Source: Blastocatellia bacterium | GTDB taxonomy: Bacteria; Acidobacteriota; Blastocatellia; UBA7656 | NCBI GenBank assembly: GCA_963765495.1 | Contig: CAVXWP010000013.1 | Span: 104,641 to 168,640, forward strand | Direction of reading: 5' to 3' | Length of the DNA: 64,000 nucleotides | Shown: positions 9,969 through 19,636 of the stretch, one piece after another | Layout of the letters: each line of letters starts with the position of its first letter | Position numbering within the stretch: the first letter of the stretch is position 1 | Position numbers and translations under genes: made by a program | The notes under the pieces: model-generated | The model's input: the letters and a program-made list of their open reading frames with translations, nothing else | The model's database searches: none | What the model was told of the DNA's origin: nothing

Positions 9969-11273
9969 CAGGGCTGTTGCAAAGTAGGCTCAACGACGCA
10001 ATATTAGATTTAGGGCCTCTTGCGGATTGGCGTTGTAGCGCCGCCTTGCTTCCGGCAGATTCTTCAAACCCTGCCTTAATACCATTGCGATTACCAGATT
10101 GTTTATCACTGCCAAGCTCTCTGCTGCATGCCCTGTCTTCAACCTACAATAGTCCTCTTTCATTGTCTTATCTCTTCGGTAGTGTAACCCATTCTCCACT
10201 TGCCAATGCTTTCGCACCACCTGTAGCATCCTTTCAGCATCTGCTTCCTTCTTTGTCAGGCTTGTTATTCCATAGCTTGTTTCGCTTCGCTTCTTTCCTG
10301 TAGACACTATTTCAACTTCTCGCTCTATCTTGTAGACTTGTTCCAAGTATGGCCAATCCATCTCTCCTGCCATCATTGAACTTGTTGTTATCTTTCTGTG
10401 TTCAATTCGCCCGTGATGTTTCTCTATAGAGCAGGCTGTGGCCAGATCGTTTTTCATCTCTTTGAGTTTGGTTTTACCCTCTTCTATTTCGAACAATGTT
10501 TCAATCTCTGAGCGCAGGTGGGCTTGATTGTCCTTGACTGTCCAGACGTAATCGCCGCCAGCTTCGACGACTTGTCGAGAGAGTTCACGTTGTGCAAACA
10601 TGGCATCACCAGTCACTATTTTCCCCTGTAAATCTATAGATTTAAGCAAGCGAGGGGCAGCAGATATTTCATTCTCTTTTGATCCTACTTCCATCTGCAA
10701 GAGCACAACGCCTTGATCTGGGAGATAGGCTGCAAGCAGATGCAACCCTTTAGTCTGACCTGCTGGTATAGTCCCTCTAAGAGTCTTTCCATCCATGTTC
10801 ATTTCTACTGATTGTTCTGCTTTATCAGCAGAAAGCAGAAAGAGACTGAGAAGTTGTTGAAATTCATTAAGATCAAAAGCCTTGCCAAGTATACGAGAGT
10901 AAGTAGTAGGGTGAGGAGTGGAATCTCGATCAAAATCGAGAGCCTCACGAAGAAACTGCTTTCTCAAAGCAATCCAATGAGCAATGCCACGAGGCTCATC
11001 CTCGCCAGCAAGTTTAGCCAGAACGACAAAGACCAAAGCAAGTGCAAGAGGGTATCGCTTACCTTTAGCTTTGCGATGATCTTTGAGATTCCCTAGATAA
11101 TGATAGAGACTCCCGACATCGAAGAAAAAGGGAGAATCCCCAGGAACAATAGAAGCGGCAAAAGTGTTATACTCCATCAGAGACCTACCTCCGGTTTGTA
11201 AAGTGTTTGATTCAAAGAACAACCGGATAAGGTCTTTTCTCTTATCTTGTCAAGCTACTTTGCAACAGCCCTG
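9969..11273 (-). mobile_element. ISAs1-family insertion sequence, complete
   Basis: Perfect 19-bp terminal IRs CAGGGCTGTTGCAAAGTAG (9969-9987, 11255-11273); 10-bp target duplication GATGCGAAAG (9959-9968, 11274-11283); lower GC than flanks. Confidence 0.95.
9990..11177 (-). CDS. ISAs1-family DDE transposase
   Basis: DHRKAKGKRY, DGKTLRG, KENEI, VTGDA, VKDNQ, HGRIE, HWQVENGLH motifs. GGAGG RBS before the ATG at 11177. Confidence 0.95.
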   Translation of the reverse strand: MEYNTFAASIVPGDSPFFFDVGSLYHYLGNLKDHRKAKGKRYPLALALVFVVLAKLAGEDEPRGIAHWIALRKQFLREALDFDRDSTPHPTTYSRILGKAFDLNEFQQLLSLFLLSADKAEQSVEMNMDGKTLRGTIPAGQTKGLHLLAAYLPDQGVVLLQMEVGSKENEISAAPRLLKSIDLQGKIVTGDAMFAQRELSRQVVEAGGDYVWTVKDNQAHLRSEIETLFEIEEGKTKLKEMKNDLATACSIEKHHGRIEHRKITTSSMMAGEMDWPYLEQVYKIEREVEIVSTGKKRSETSYGITSLTKKEADAERMLQVVRKHWQVENGLHYRRDKTMKEDYCRLKTGHAAESLAVINNLVIAMVLRQGLKNLPEARRRYNANPQEALNLILRR

Positions 11274-11363
11274 GATGCGAAAGTATCAAGGAAGGAGGAT
11301 CTGAGATTTGAAATTTTAGATTTGAAATCCCCGTCCTCAAGCAGCACGCATCTGTCCGTCTTT

Positions 11364-11392
11364 TTGCCTTTTGTCTTCCCGGTGTGTACAAT
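11364..11392 (+). promoter_or_regulatory. Sigma70-type promoter for the nadK operon
   Basis: TTGCCT-N17-TACAAT. Confidence 0.55.
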
Positions 11393-11425
11393 CGAATAAC
11401 TTGCTTTCGTTAATCTTTCGGAGGG

Positions 11426-12301
11426 TTGATTGTGTCACAGGGACCACCAGCGAGGCTCGGCATTATTACCAAGCCGCACGAACCGCGCGCAGCTGATCTG
11501 GCAGCCCGGATCGCCGAATGGGCGGCCGAGCACGAAATCAACCTCTTTGTAAACGACCGCGTAACGGAACTCCCGCCCGGCACTTTTTCTGCCACAGCCC
11601 GCGAGATAGCAGATCATTGCGATCTACTGATCGTTCTTGGCGGAGACGGAACCATGATTGCCACAGCCCGTCTCGTGCGCGGCAGCGGCACTCCGGTGCT
11701 TGGAATCAATCTCGGCACGCTCGGCTATCTGACCGAGTTTTCCGCCGAAGACGCAATACCGGCGCTCGAAGATGTGATCCGAGGCAATTATAGAATCGAC
11801 CGTCGCACGATGCTTGGCTGGCGCGTGCTTCGCGACGGGGATCAGATAGCCCAATCCACCGCGCTCAATGACATCGTGGTTAACAAATCTGCGCTGGCCC
11901 GCATAATAGATATTGATTGCTGGATAGGGACCAATTACGTCACAACCTTTCGCGCAGACGGGTTGATTGTGGCCACGCCTACCGGCTCGACCGCTTACAA
12001 TCTTTCGGCGGGCGGACCGATCATTTATCCGAGCACGCAGGGGCTTTCAATCTGCCCGATTTGCCCTCATACGCTTACGAACCGACCGCTCGTCCTTCCA
12101 GATACCGCCGACATCAAGCTGCAAGTTCATACGCGCGATCAGGAAGTCATGATAACTGCCGACGGGCAGACGGGACTCCCCCTGATGCCGGGCGATCTGA
12201 TACATATAAATAAGAGCGACAGGACATTCAATACCGTTTGCGCGGAAGACAGCGATTATTTCCAGATACTGCGCAACAAGCTGAAATGGAGCGGACGCTG
12301 A
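11426..12301 (+). CDS. nadK: NAD kinase
   Basis: LGGDGT, GINLGTLGYL, ALND, DGLIVATPTGSTAYNLSAGG. Confidence 0.96.
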   Translation: MIVSQGPPARLGIITKPHEPRAADLAARIAEWAAEHEINLFVNDRVTELPPGTFSATAREIADHCDLLIVLGGDGTMIATARLVRGSGTPVLGINLGTLGYLTEFSAEDAIPALEDVIRGNYRIDRRTMLGWRVLRDGDQIAQSTALNDIVVNKSALARIIDIDCWIGTNYVTTFRADGLIVATPTGSTAYNLSAGGPIIYPSTQGLSICPICPHTLTNRPLVLPDTADIKLQVHTRDQEVMITADGQTGLPLMPGDLIHINKSDRTFNTVCAEDSDYFQILRNKLKWSGR

Positions 12302-12360
12302 AAATTAAATGCCTGAACGCTTCGCCGCGTTGCAAAGAGAAACGTCTATGAGGTTCACTC

Positions 12361-13104
12361 ATGTTGCTGCCTATCGGAGACGATAACCAGGGAAGACTCT
12401 CAACGCCTTTCGTCGTTTATATAATCGTCGCCATAAACGTGCTTGTGTTTCTGTTACAGCTTTCCGGCGGCGACGAGTTCACCTCCGCTTATGCCGTCGT
12501 GCCCTACGAAATCACCCACGGCGTAGATCTTGTCCAGGCAGTCAGGATACCCAACGTGGGGGTCATTCCGCAGGCTCCCGGCCCGACACCCATCTTCCTG
12601 ACCATCTTCACCTCTATGTTTATGCACGGCGGATTCATGCACATAGCCGGAAACATGCTCTACCTGTGGATATTCGGCGACAATATCGAAGACAACTTCG
12701 GCCATCTGAAATTCCTGATCTTTTATCTGGTCTGCGGTGTTGCTGCCTCATTCTCTCAAATACTGGTCGATCCGAATTCGATGATCCCGTCGCTCGGCGC
12801 ATCGGGCGCGATTGCGGGCGTGCTCGGCGCTTATCTGATTATGTTTCCACGCAATCGGGTCCGCGTACTTACACTCACATTGATACTTACGACTTTTGAA
12901 TTGCCCGCCGTCGTCGTACTCGGTTTCTGGATAGTGTTGCAGGTAATCAGCCAGTATACGGCCTTTGCCAACACACAGCTATCACAGGGGGGCGTGGCCT
13001 ACATGGCGCATATAGGCGGATTCGTTGCGGGAGTAATCCTTACTTTTCTTTTCCGGCGACCGCTCAGGACTTCTTACAGAGATTCGTTTTATGAGCGGGA
13101 TTGA
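12361..13104 (+). CDS. Rhomboid-family intramembrane serine protease
   Basis: FMHGGFMHIAGNM, GASG catalytic Ser, AHIGG catalytic His. Confidence 0.95.
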   Translation: MLLPIGDDNQGRLSTPFVVYIIVAINVLVFLLQLSGGDEFTSAYAVVPYEITHGVDLVQAVRIPNVGVIPQAPGPTPIFLTIFTSMFMHGGFMHIAGNMLYLWIFGDNIEDNFGHLKFLIFYLVCGVAASFSQILVDPNSMIPSLGASGAIAGVLGAYLIMFPRNRVRVLTLTLILTTFELPAVVVLGFWIVLQVISQYTAFANTQLSQGGVAYMAHIGGFVAGVILTFLFRRPLRTSYRDSFYERD

Positions 13105-13131
13105 TCCTCAAACAACCTGTCCCTTTGATTT

Positions 13132-13902
13132 ATGATCGTACTAGATAATCTGACCAAGCTCTACTACCCAGCCACCGCCGTGGACCACGTGAGCCTCGTC
13201 ATACCGTCGGGGCAACTTGTAGGCTATCTCGGCCCGAACGGCGCGGGCAAATCGACTACGGTCAAGATGCTGACGGGGATGATAGCTCCTTCGTCGGGCC
13301 GCGCGGAAATTTACGGCCTAGACATAGAACGCGACACCATAGAAGTCAAACGATTGATCGGCTACGTGCCTGAGTCGGGCGCGGTCTATGAGACGCTGAC
13401 AGGCGGCGAATACCTTGAAATGGTAGGCCGTTTGTACGGCATGGAGGACGCAATCATCCGCGACCGCATAGCGAAGTTTGCAGATTTTTTCGAGCTTGAC
13501 CGCGCGACCCTTGACCGAAAGATGCTCTCGGCTTATTCGAAGGGCATGAAGCAAAAGGTGGTAATTTCAGCGGCGCTCATTCACAACCCGCGAGTGATAT
13601 TTTTCGACGAGCCGCTAAACGGGCTCGATGCCAGCACTCAACTTATGCTCAAGACCCTTATCAAAAGCCTCGCCACAGAAGGGAAGACCATCTTTTATTG
13701 CTCGCACGTGCTCGATGTGGTTGAGCGCATGTGCGACCGCATCGTCATCATCGATCACGGGCGAATAGTGGCCGACGGCACGCTGGCCGAGCTTCAGATC
13801 GCGAGCGGCGAAGGGTCGCTCGAACGCATATTCAACAAGCTCACGGCGCACACCAATCTGGAAGAGCGCGCAGAAGAATTCTCGAAAACATTCAGCTTCT
13901 GA
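13132..13902 (+). CDS. ABC transporter ATP-binding protein
   Basis: GPNGAGKST, YSKGMKQK signature, FFDEP, SH switch. Confidence 0.95.
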   Translation: MIVLDNLTKLYYPATAVDHVSLVIPSGQLVGYLGPNGAGKSTTVKMLTGMIAPSSGRAEIYGLDIERDTIEVKRLIGYVPESGAVYETLTGGEYLEMVGRLYGMEDAIIRDRIAKFADFFELDRATLDRKMLSAYSKGMKQKVVISAALIHNPRVIFFDEPLNGLDASTQLMLKTLIKSLATEGKTIFYCSHVLDVVERMCDRIVIIDHGRIVADGTLAELQIASGEGSLERIFNKLTAHTNLEERAEEFSKTFSF

Positions 13903-15605
13903 TGAATACCGAATTCGTCACAACTCGCGCGCTCAAGAGATACGATATCGACGCCCGGCAGGTGTGGACTCTGTTTGTCATCTATCTGAAGCAGGACCTC
14001 CGCAGCGGCAAGGCGCTTATGGGTTCGAGCAAGAAAGAGTATCTCTCTTCCAACCGAACGCTGATCGTGACCTTTGGAATGTACATGGCCTTGAGCCTCA
14101 GCATCTGCCTGCTTGTCGTGATGGATATAGATGTCTTTGTCTTTTCGATTTTTACGTCGAGTTTTACATTCTTTATCGTATCGCTGGGAGTTCTGGCCGA
14201 ATCCGGCAACGTCATATTCAATCAGGCCGAAGTAGACATAATCGGCCATCTGCCCATAGGCGCGCGCACTCTTTTTGCTGCGAAGTTGCTGAACCTGCTC
14301 TCATTCACATTGCTGCTTACGGTTGCCTCGAACCTTCTGCCCGCGATTTGCGGCATCTGGGCGACGCGCTCAAACGCGCTGTTTTTCCTCGCGCACTCGC
14401 TGTCGGCCGCGCTCCTCGGGTTGTTTGCCACGTCGCTTGTCGTCACAAGCTACGGCGCGCTTATGCGCTATGTGAGCAAAGAGCGATTCGACTCCATAGC
14501 CGCATATTCTCAGGCCCTGCTGGCCCTGTTCTTCATGCTGGCCTATCAGTTATTGCCTCGCCTGATGGGCCGGATTGAGCTGGAGCGCATCGCCCAATTC
14601 AACTGGTATTACCTGCTGTATCCGCCCGCGTGGTTTTCCGGCATAACGATGCTCGTGATAGGAGAGGCGGATGCAGGTTCGGTCGCGCTCGCGTTTCTTG
14701 CAGTTCTGTCGCTGATAATTCTGGGCCTGATAGCATTGCGCAAAGTCGCAAGCGTCTATTCCTCTTTTCTGATGCAACTCGCTTACGGCTCAGGCAAGGT
14801 AAAGCCGGGCAAGATGGAAAGCATTTCGACGGGCGCGCAAGTACCGCGCAGGCCCGGAATCAAACAGATGGCGCGCAAGATGTTTCTTCCTCGCCCTGTC
14901 GAGCGCGGCGTGTTCGATCTTGTTTCGGTTTATCTGAGGCGCAACCGCGAGATCAAAGTTCGGCTTTATCCGTCGCTCGCCTACTTCATTATCTTTCCGC
15001 TGATCGCGCTGCTCAGAGAAGGTTTGCCCGACCCCTTTATCGAAGACGGCCCGTCATTTTACTCTTTGATGGGGGCGGCGATGGTCTGTTTCGTCGCGCT
15101 CACGGCTATCGAGGGACTGATCTTTTCCGAGCACTACGAGGCAGCCTATATCTTTTACGTAGCGCCGATAAATAGGGCAGGCGAAATCTATAGCGGCATC
15201 CGAAAGGTGATACTGGTCTATGTCGCGCTGCCGGGGTTTGCGACTCTGTTTTTACTCTACGCGCTCTTATGGCGCACGCCCGTGCACGCATTGCTGGTGC
15301 TCACTCCGTGGATGATGCTCGCGCCTGTTCTGCTGCTGGTTCCCTTCCTGTTCAGGCAGGTGCTGCCGCTTGCGCGCAAGTATCAAAAGGGGCAGCAATC
15401 GGCACGCAATTTCGTTATACTCTTCGCAAGCAGTTCGGGTCTGTTCTGCTTTGGCGCTTTGCAAACCCTGGGCTTGAAAGGCTTCTTCCCCTACTGGCTC
15501 TACCTGATCTTCACCGCTATCGCCTCGCTTTTGATCTACTTTACGCTAGGCAAATTGACCCTTGAGTCGAGCCCTCTGGTCCTGAGACAGGATTTACGGC
15601 AATAA
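13902..15605 (+). CDS. ABC-2-type exporter permease (putative)
   Basis: About 12 TM segments. ATG at 13902 overlaps the ATPase TGA (TGATG), implying translational coupling. Confidence 0.8.
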   Translation: MNTEFVTTRALKRYDIDARQVWTLFVIYLKQDLRSGKALMGSSKKEYLSSNRTLIVTFGMYMALSLSICLLVVMDIDVFVFSIFTSSFTFFIVSLGVLAESGNVIFNQAEVDIIGHLPIGARTLFAAKLLNLLSFTLLLTVASNLLPAICGIWATRSNALFFLAHSLSAALLGLFATSLVVTSYGALMRYVSKERFDSIAAYSQALLALFFMLAYQLLPRLMGRIELERIAQFNWYYLLYPPAWFSGITMLVIGEADAGSVALAFLAVLSLIILGLIALRKVASVYSSFLMQLAYGSGKVKPGKMESISTGAQVPRRPGIKQMARKMFLPRPVERGVFDLVSVYLRRNREIKVRLYPSLAYFIIFPLIALLREGLPDPFIEDGPSFYSLMGAAMVCFVALTAIEGLIFSEHYEAAYIFYVAPINRAGEIYSGIRKVILVYVALPGFATLFLLYALLWRTPVHALLVLTPWMMLAPVLLLVPFLFRQVLPLARKYQKGQQSARNFVILFASSSGLFCFGALQTLGLKGFFPYWLYLIFTAIASLLIYFTLGKLTLESSPLVLRQDLRQ

Positions 15606-15679
15606 CATCCAGCCACGATTGAATACGATTGAAGCAGGCTGCTACACTGATAGTTTGATTTTTTGTGAAGGAGCCTTTC

Positions 15680-16099
15680 ATGACAGAAGAAGTATTAGAG
15701 CATTCGGGACTGGTGATTGAAGAGACGCCCGCCGATGCTCTGGAGCTTTATCCGCTCGACACGTTTGAGTATAAATATGTCGGCAAAGAGATCACCATCT
15801 CATTCACCTGCCCCGAGTTCACAGCCATCTGCCCGTTTTCGGATTTCCCAGATTTTGCCACGATCAAACTCGATTACGTGCCGAACCGGCTCTGCATAGA
15901 ATTGAAATCGCTCAAGCTCTATATAAACTCGTTTCGCTCGGTAAAGATATTTCACGAGCACGTGGTGAATCGCATAATGGATGATTTCGTCCGCGCCTCG
16001 GACCCTCTGCGAGTCGAGATCGAAGGCGATTTCCACGTGCGCGGAAACATCAAGACCGTGATTCGCGCTTCATATAATCGAAGCGAAACCCGGAGGTGA
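15680..16099 (+). CDS. queF: NADPH-dependent 7-cyano-7-deazaguanine reductase (type I)
   Basis: [41 protein letters not shown] before ATG 15680. Confidence 0.93.
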   Translation: MTEEVLEHSGLVIEETPADALELYPLDTFEYKYVGKEITISFTCPEFTAICPFSDFPDFATIKLDYVPNRLCIELKSLKLYINSFRSVKIFHEHVVNRIMDDFVRASDPLRVEIEGDFHVRGNIKTVIRASYNRSETRR

Positions 16100-16129
16100 A
16101 GAGGCTCTGTTTCGGATGAGGATTCGGCT

Positions 16130-16429
16130 ATGGAAATGGAGAAATCATATTATGTAGTCACCTGCAAACCGGCATATCTTGAATTGCTTCGAGCAACCGG
16201 GACGGCAGGCGACGGCGACGAACCTGTTTCGAAAAGATTGATTATCACCATAACGCAGGGCGGGTTCGGGCAGGATGTTATTGACGACGAGCGACAGGCG
16301 AAGGAACGGTTTCTGGAACATCTATTCTACTCAAGTGATATTGATCTGCCGCGCTCGGCTGAGAGTTTCGATCAGTATTTCGAGCTTGAAGAGGCAGGCG
16401 AATTTATCGACCTCGACGAAGAAGTTTAA
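16130..16429 (+). CDS. Hypothetical acidic protein
   Basis: 99-aa ORF filling an operon gap, with a GAGG RBS. Confidence 0.6.
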   Translation: MEMEKSYYVVTCKPAYLELLRATGTAGDGDEPVSKRLIITITQGGFGQDVIDDERQAKERFLEHLFYSSDIDLPRSAESFDQYFELEEAGEFIDLDEEV

Positions 16430-16434
16430 CGATT

Positions 16435-17337
16435 ATGGAAATTCCTATACTCTCCCCCCTCGGATTCAGTTTTAAGCGAACGGCGATAAGTCACGGCTGG
16501 ACAGATTTGCCGCCCTTCGAGTTTGACGAGCAGAACTGGACCATTACGCGAGTTCTCGACAGCGGAGGCGCGCAACCCGTAACGGTAAAGATATTCGAAG
16601 CAGGCCCGGAGATAAAGATCAGCGTCAAGGGGCGCGCGGGTCGTCGCGCTTCTGAAAAAATCGCCCGCGATGTGCGCCACATGCTCAGACTCGATGACGA
16701 CATGCAGGCGTTTTACGAACGCGTGGCGCGCGAGCCGGACTTCGAATGGATAGTGAGGGCGGGCGCGGGCCGCCTGCTTCGCGGTCCCACGGTTTTTGAA
16801 GACCTGGTCAAGACAATGTGCACTACGAATTGCTCGTGGGCACTGACAAAGAAGATGGTCGCCGGGCTTGTGAACAACCTCGGCGCTGAAGCAAAGGACG
16901 GGCGGCGCGATTTCCCTGCGCCCGAGGCCATGGCCGCCGCACCCGAAAGCTTCTACCGCGATGAGGTTCGCGCAGGTTATCGCGCTCCTTACTTGAAGGA
17001 GCTTGCCGACCGCGTAGCCTCCGGCTCGCTCGACCCGGAGACGTGGCTTTCAAGCGATCTGCCCGATATGGAGCTAAAACGCGAGATGAAGCGGGTCAAA
17101 GGCGTAGGCGATTACGCCGCAGAAAATCTCTTAAAACTCGTAGGCCGGTACGATGGGCTTGCGCTCGATTCGTGGGTGCGAGCCAAGTTTGCCCGCACTC
17201 ATAACGGCGGGCGCGAGGCTCCCGATAAAAAAATCGAGCGGTATTATTCGCGTTTCGGCGTGTGGCGAGGGCTTGCGCTCTGGTGCGATATGACGCGCGA
17301 CTGGCTCGATTCAAAAGAAGAGTTCGCCAAATGGTAA
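16435..17337 (+). CDS. HhH-GPD superfamily DNA glycosylase (AlkA/Ogg-like)
   Basis: FEDLVKTMCTTN, FPAPE, AGYRAPY, HhH motif VKGVGDYAAE, LDSW. Confidence 0.85.
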   Translation: MEIPILSPLGFSFKRTAISHGWTDLPPFEFDEQNWTITRVLDSGGAQPVTVKIFEAGPEIKISVKGRAGRRASEKIARDVRHMLRLDDDMQAFYERVAREPDFEWIVRAGAGRLLRGPTVFEDLVKTMCTTNCSWALTKKMVAGLVNNLGAEAKDGRRDFPAPEAMAAAPESFYRDEVRAGYRAPYLKELADRVASGSLDPETWLSSDLPDMELKREMKRVKGVGDYAAENLLKLVGRYDGLALDSWVRAKFARTHNGGREAPDKKIERYYSRFGVWRGLALWCDMTRDWLDSKEEFAKW

Positions 17338-17346
17338 TTCGTAATA

Positions 17347-17412
17347 GCCACCGCAGGCACAGAGACACAGAGCTTTTATGAATTTTTCTCTGTGTCTCTG
17401 TGCCTCTGTGGC
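17347..17412. repeat. Inverted octamer tandem-repeat hairpin between convergent genes
   Basis: GCCACCGCAGGCACAGAGACACAGAG ... CTCTGTGTCTCTGTGCCTCTGTGGC. Confidence 0.85.
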
Positions 17413-17427
17413 AAATTTTTGTGTAGG

Positions 17428-18102
17428 TCAATCCGGCGTCTCGCCCGTCTTAAGCGATGACGAAGGGCAGAGCGGCTCAACCGAACACTCGCCGCAAAGC
17501 GGATTTCGCGCCTTGCACACGTTGCGCCCGTGATAGATCAAAAGATGCGAAAAATCTATCCAGTCTTTTTTTGGCACCATCTCCATCAAATCGCGCTCGA
17601 TCTTTTCCGGCTGATCCTGATGGCTAAGACCAAGCCGTCTGGATAACCTCTGAACATGCGTATCTACAACCACGCCGCTGGCGACACCGAAGGCGTTTCC
17701 CATCACTACGTTTGCCGTCTTGCGCGCCACGCCCGGCAGCCCGAGCAAGGATTCAAAATCATCAGGCACGCGGCCCGCGAAATTTTCAGAGATCATCCTG
17801 CACGCGCCCTGAATTGATTTTGCCTTGTTGCGAAAAAATCCCGTAGAGTGAATGTCCTGTTCGAGTTCCGACTGCGGCACTCGCAGATAGTCATCACAGT
17901 TACGATACTTTCTGAACAACTCGGCGGTGACTTTATTGACGCGCTCGTCCGTGCACTGAGCCGAAAGTATAGTGGCGATCAGCAGTTCGAGCGGATTCGA
18001 ATGATTGAGGCTGCATCGCGCCTCGGGATATGTTCGCCTTAGCAGGCGGATTATCTTGCGAGTTCTCTGTTTCTCTTCCGAATGTGCCAAGTTTCCTCTC
18101 AA
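17428..18102 (-). CDS. nth: Endonuclease III
   Basis: LSAQCTDERVN, LPGVARKTANV, VDTHV, C-x6-C-x2-C-x5-C Fe-S motif. Start may be TTG at 18090. Confidence 0.96.
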   Translation of the reverse strand: MRGNLAHSEEKQRTRKIIRLLRRTYPEARCSLNHSNPLELLIATILSAQCTDERVNKVTAELFRKYRNCDDYLRVPQSELEQDIHSTGFFRNKAKSIQGACRMISENFAGRVPDDFESLLGLPGVARKTANVVMGNAFGVASGVVVDTHVQRLSRRLGLSHQDQPEKIERDLMEMVPKKDWIDFSHLLIYHGRNVCKARNPLCGECSVEPLCPSSSLKTGETPD

Positions 18103-18125
18103 CTTTCAAAGTCTCAAATCTCAAA

Positions 18126-19466
18126 TCACTCCCCAAGGTGCGCTCCCATCATCAGTCCCTCGATCTCTTCAATCGTCTTTGGGACGCGCGCCGACAGCAC
18201 TTCGCAACCGTTTTCGGTAACCAGCACGTCATCTTCGATTCGCACGCCTATGCCGCGATAACGCGGATCAACGTCTTCGGCGTCTTCGGCGATGTAGATT
18301 CCGGGCTCGATGGTCATCACCATCCCGGGCGCTAGACGACGCCATTCGTCGGCCACCTTGTATGGCCCCGCATCGTGGACATCCATCCCCAGCCAGTGAC
18401 TCGTCCTGTGCATGTAAAACTTCTTGTACTTCTCTTCCTTTATCAGGGTGTCAACATCGCCTTCAAGCAATCCGACTTCGACCATTCCTTCGACAAGCAC
18501 CCGCAGCGCCCGCTCGTGCGGTTCGATAAACGTAGCCCCGGGGCGTACGAGGTTTATGGCTTCCATTTGCGCTTTCAGAACTATGTTGTAAATCGTCTCC
18601 TGGTCTTCGGTGAACGTGCCGCTAGCGGGCAGTGTCCTCGTCACATCGCCCGTGTAATAGCCAAACTCCGTTCCGGCATCTATCAACACGAGATCGCCTT
18701 CTTTGATGCGGCGGGTGTTGGTCGTATAGTGCAGGATGGTCGCATTCGGGCCGGAAGCGACTATTGTAGGGTAGCCTGCGCGAGGGCTGCCGTTTTTGCG
18801 AAAGACATAAAGCAAGGCGGCCTCGAGTTCGTATTCGTAGGTCATCGGGCGGAGCGACCGCATCGCGGTCAGATGCCCGTCGCACGTAATATCAATCGCG
18901 CGGCGCAACAGTTGAAGCTCCTCGTCTGTTTTGACAAGACGCATCTCGTGAAGAATTTCAGCCGGGTCAATCACGGCATTCGGCCCTGTGCCGTTTCGCT
19001 GCCGCTCGCGCTGAAAGCGCCGCATCCAGCCTATCAGCCGTTCGTCGAATGTAGGATCGCTGCCAAAGCGATAGTAAATACTGTTTGCCTTGGCCGCCAG
19101 CTTTGGCAGTTCCTCATCAAGCTTGTCTATGGTGAAGGCGGCGTCGGCCCCGTAGTCGCGTTTAGCCCCCTCATCGCCCGCGCGCCAGCCGGTCCAGACT
19201 TCGCGTTCGCGGTCTTTGGGCTGAACGAAGAGGACGAATTTATGCTCCGGGTGTTCAGGCGCAAGCACAGCGATTGCGCCCGGTTCCTCAAATCCGGTCA
19301 GATAATAAAAATCGGTGTCCTGGCGGTATTCGTGCTCGACATCGCCGTTGCGAAGAAAGGTGGGCGCGGCCGGGAATATCGCTATGCCGCTACTTATGCG
19401 ATTCATGAACTCTTCGCGTCTCTGTCTGAGTCTGATCCCGGATGAATTATTTGGAGTGGCTGTCAT
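18126..19466 (-). CDS. pepP: Xaa-Pro aminopeptidase
   Basis: YRQDTDFYYLTG, LHY, DAG..GDVTRT, HWLGMDVHD, TIEPG, GVRIEDD. Confidence 0.95.
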   Translation of the reverse strand: MTATPNNSSGIRLRQRREEFMNRISSGIAIFPAAPTFLRNGDVEHEYRQDTDFYYLTGFEEPGAIAVLAPEHPEHKFVLFVQPKDREREVWTGWRAGDEGAKRDYGADAAFTIDKLDEELPKLAAKANSIYYRFGSDPTFDERLIGWMRRFQRERQRNGTGPNAVIDPAEILHEMRLVKTDEELQLLRRAIDITCDGHLTAMRSLRPMTYEYELEAALLYVFRKNGSPRAGYPTIVASGPNATILHYTTNTRRIKEGDLVLIDAGTEFGYYTGDVTRTLPASGTFTEDQETIYNIVLKAQMEAINLVRPGATFIEPHERALRVLVEGMVEVGLLEGDVDTLIKEEKYKKFYMHRTSHWLGMDVHDAGPYKVADEWRRLAPGMVMTIEPGIYIAEDAEDVDPRYRGIGVRIEDDVLVTENGCEVLSARVPKTIEEIEGLMMGAHLGE

Positions 19467-19636
19467 CTTTCACCTGAACGTCTTCGAAATTTATTTACGC
19501 CTGCCTGGGCGCATCAATCGTCCACAGGCATTCATATCCTATCATAATTATTATGCGGCGGGGCATTCGACCCGTTTTCGCGCGGCCTTCCATCTGTAGC
19601 TTGACACCCGCCTCCTACGACTATATTTTCGAAGCG

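Noticed and set aside
13731-13901. N-terminal extension of the permease ORF (likewise 50814-51071 for the SBBP gene)
   Set aside because: Overlaps the upstream gene; better starts with coupling or RBS exist at 13902 and 51072.
15680-18102. queF plus glycosylases as a 7-deazaguanine DNA-modification (dpd) system
   Set aside because: No dpdA/tgt-like or other dpd genes; the genes look like ordinary housekeeping neighbours.
18375-19445. 356-aa ORF antisense to pepP (similar shadows opposite acyl-CoA dehydrogenase, ftsH and the eIF-2B-like gene)
   Set aside because: Fully overlaps a conserved gene on the other strand; explained by codon bias.
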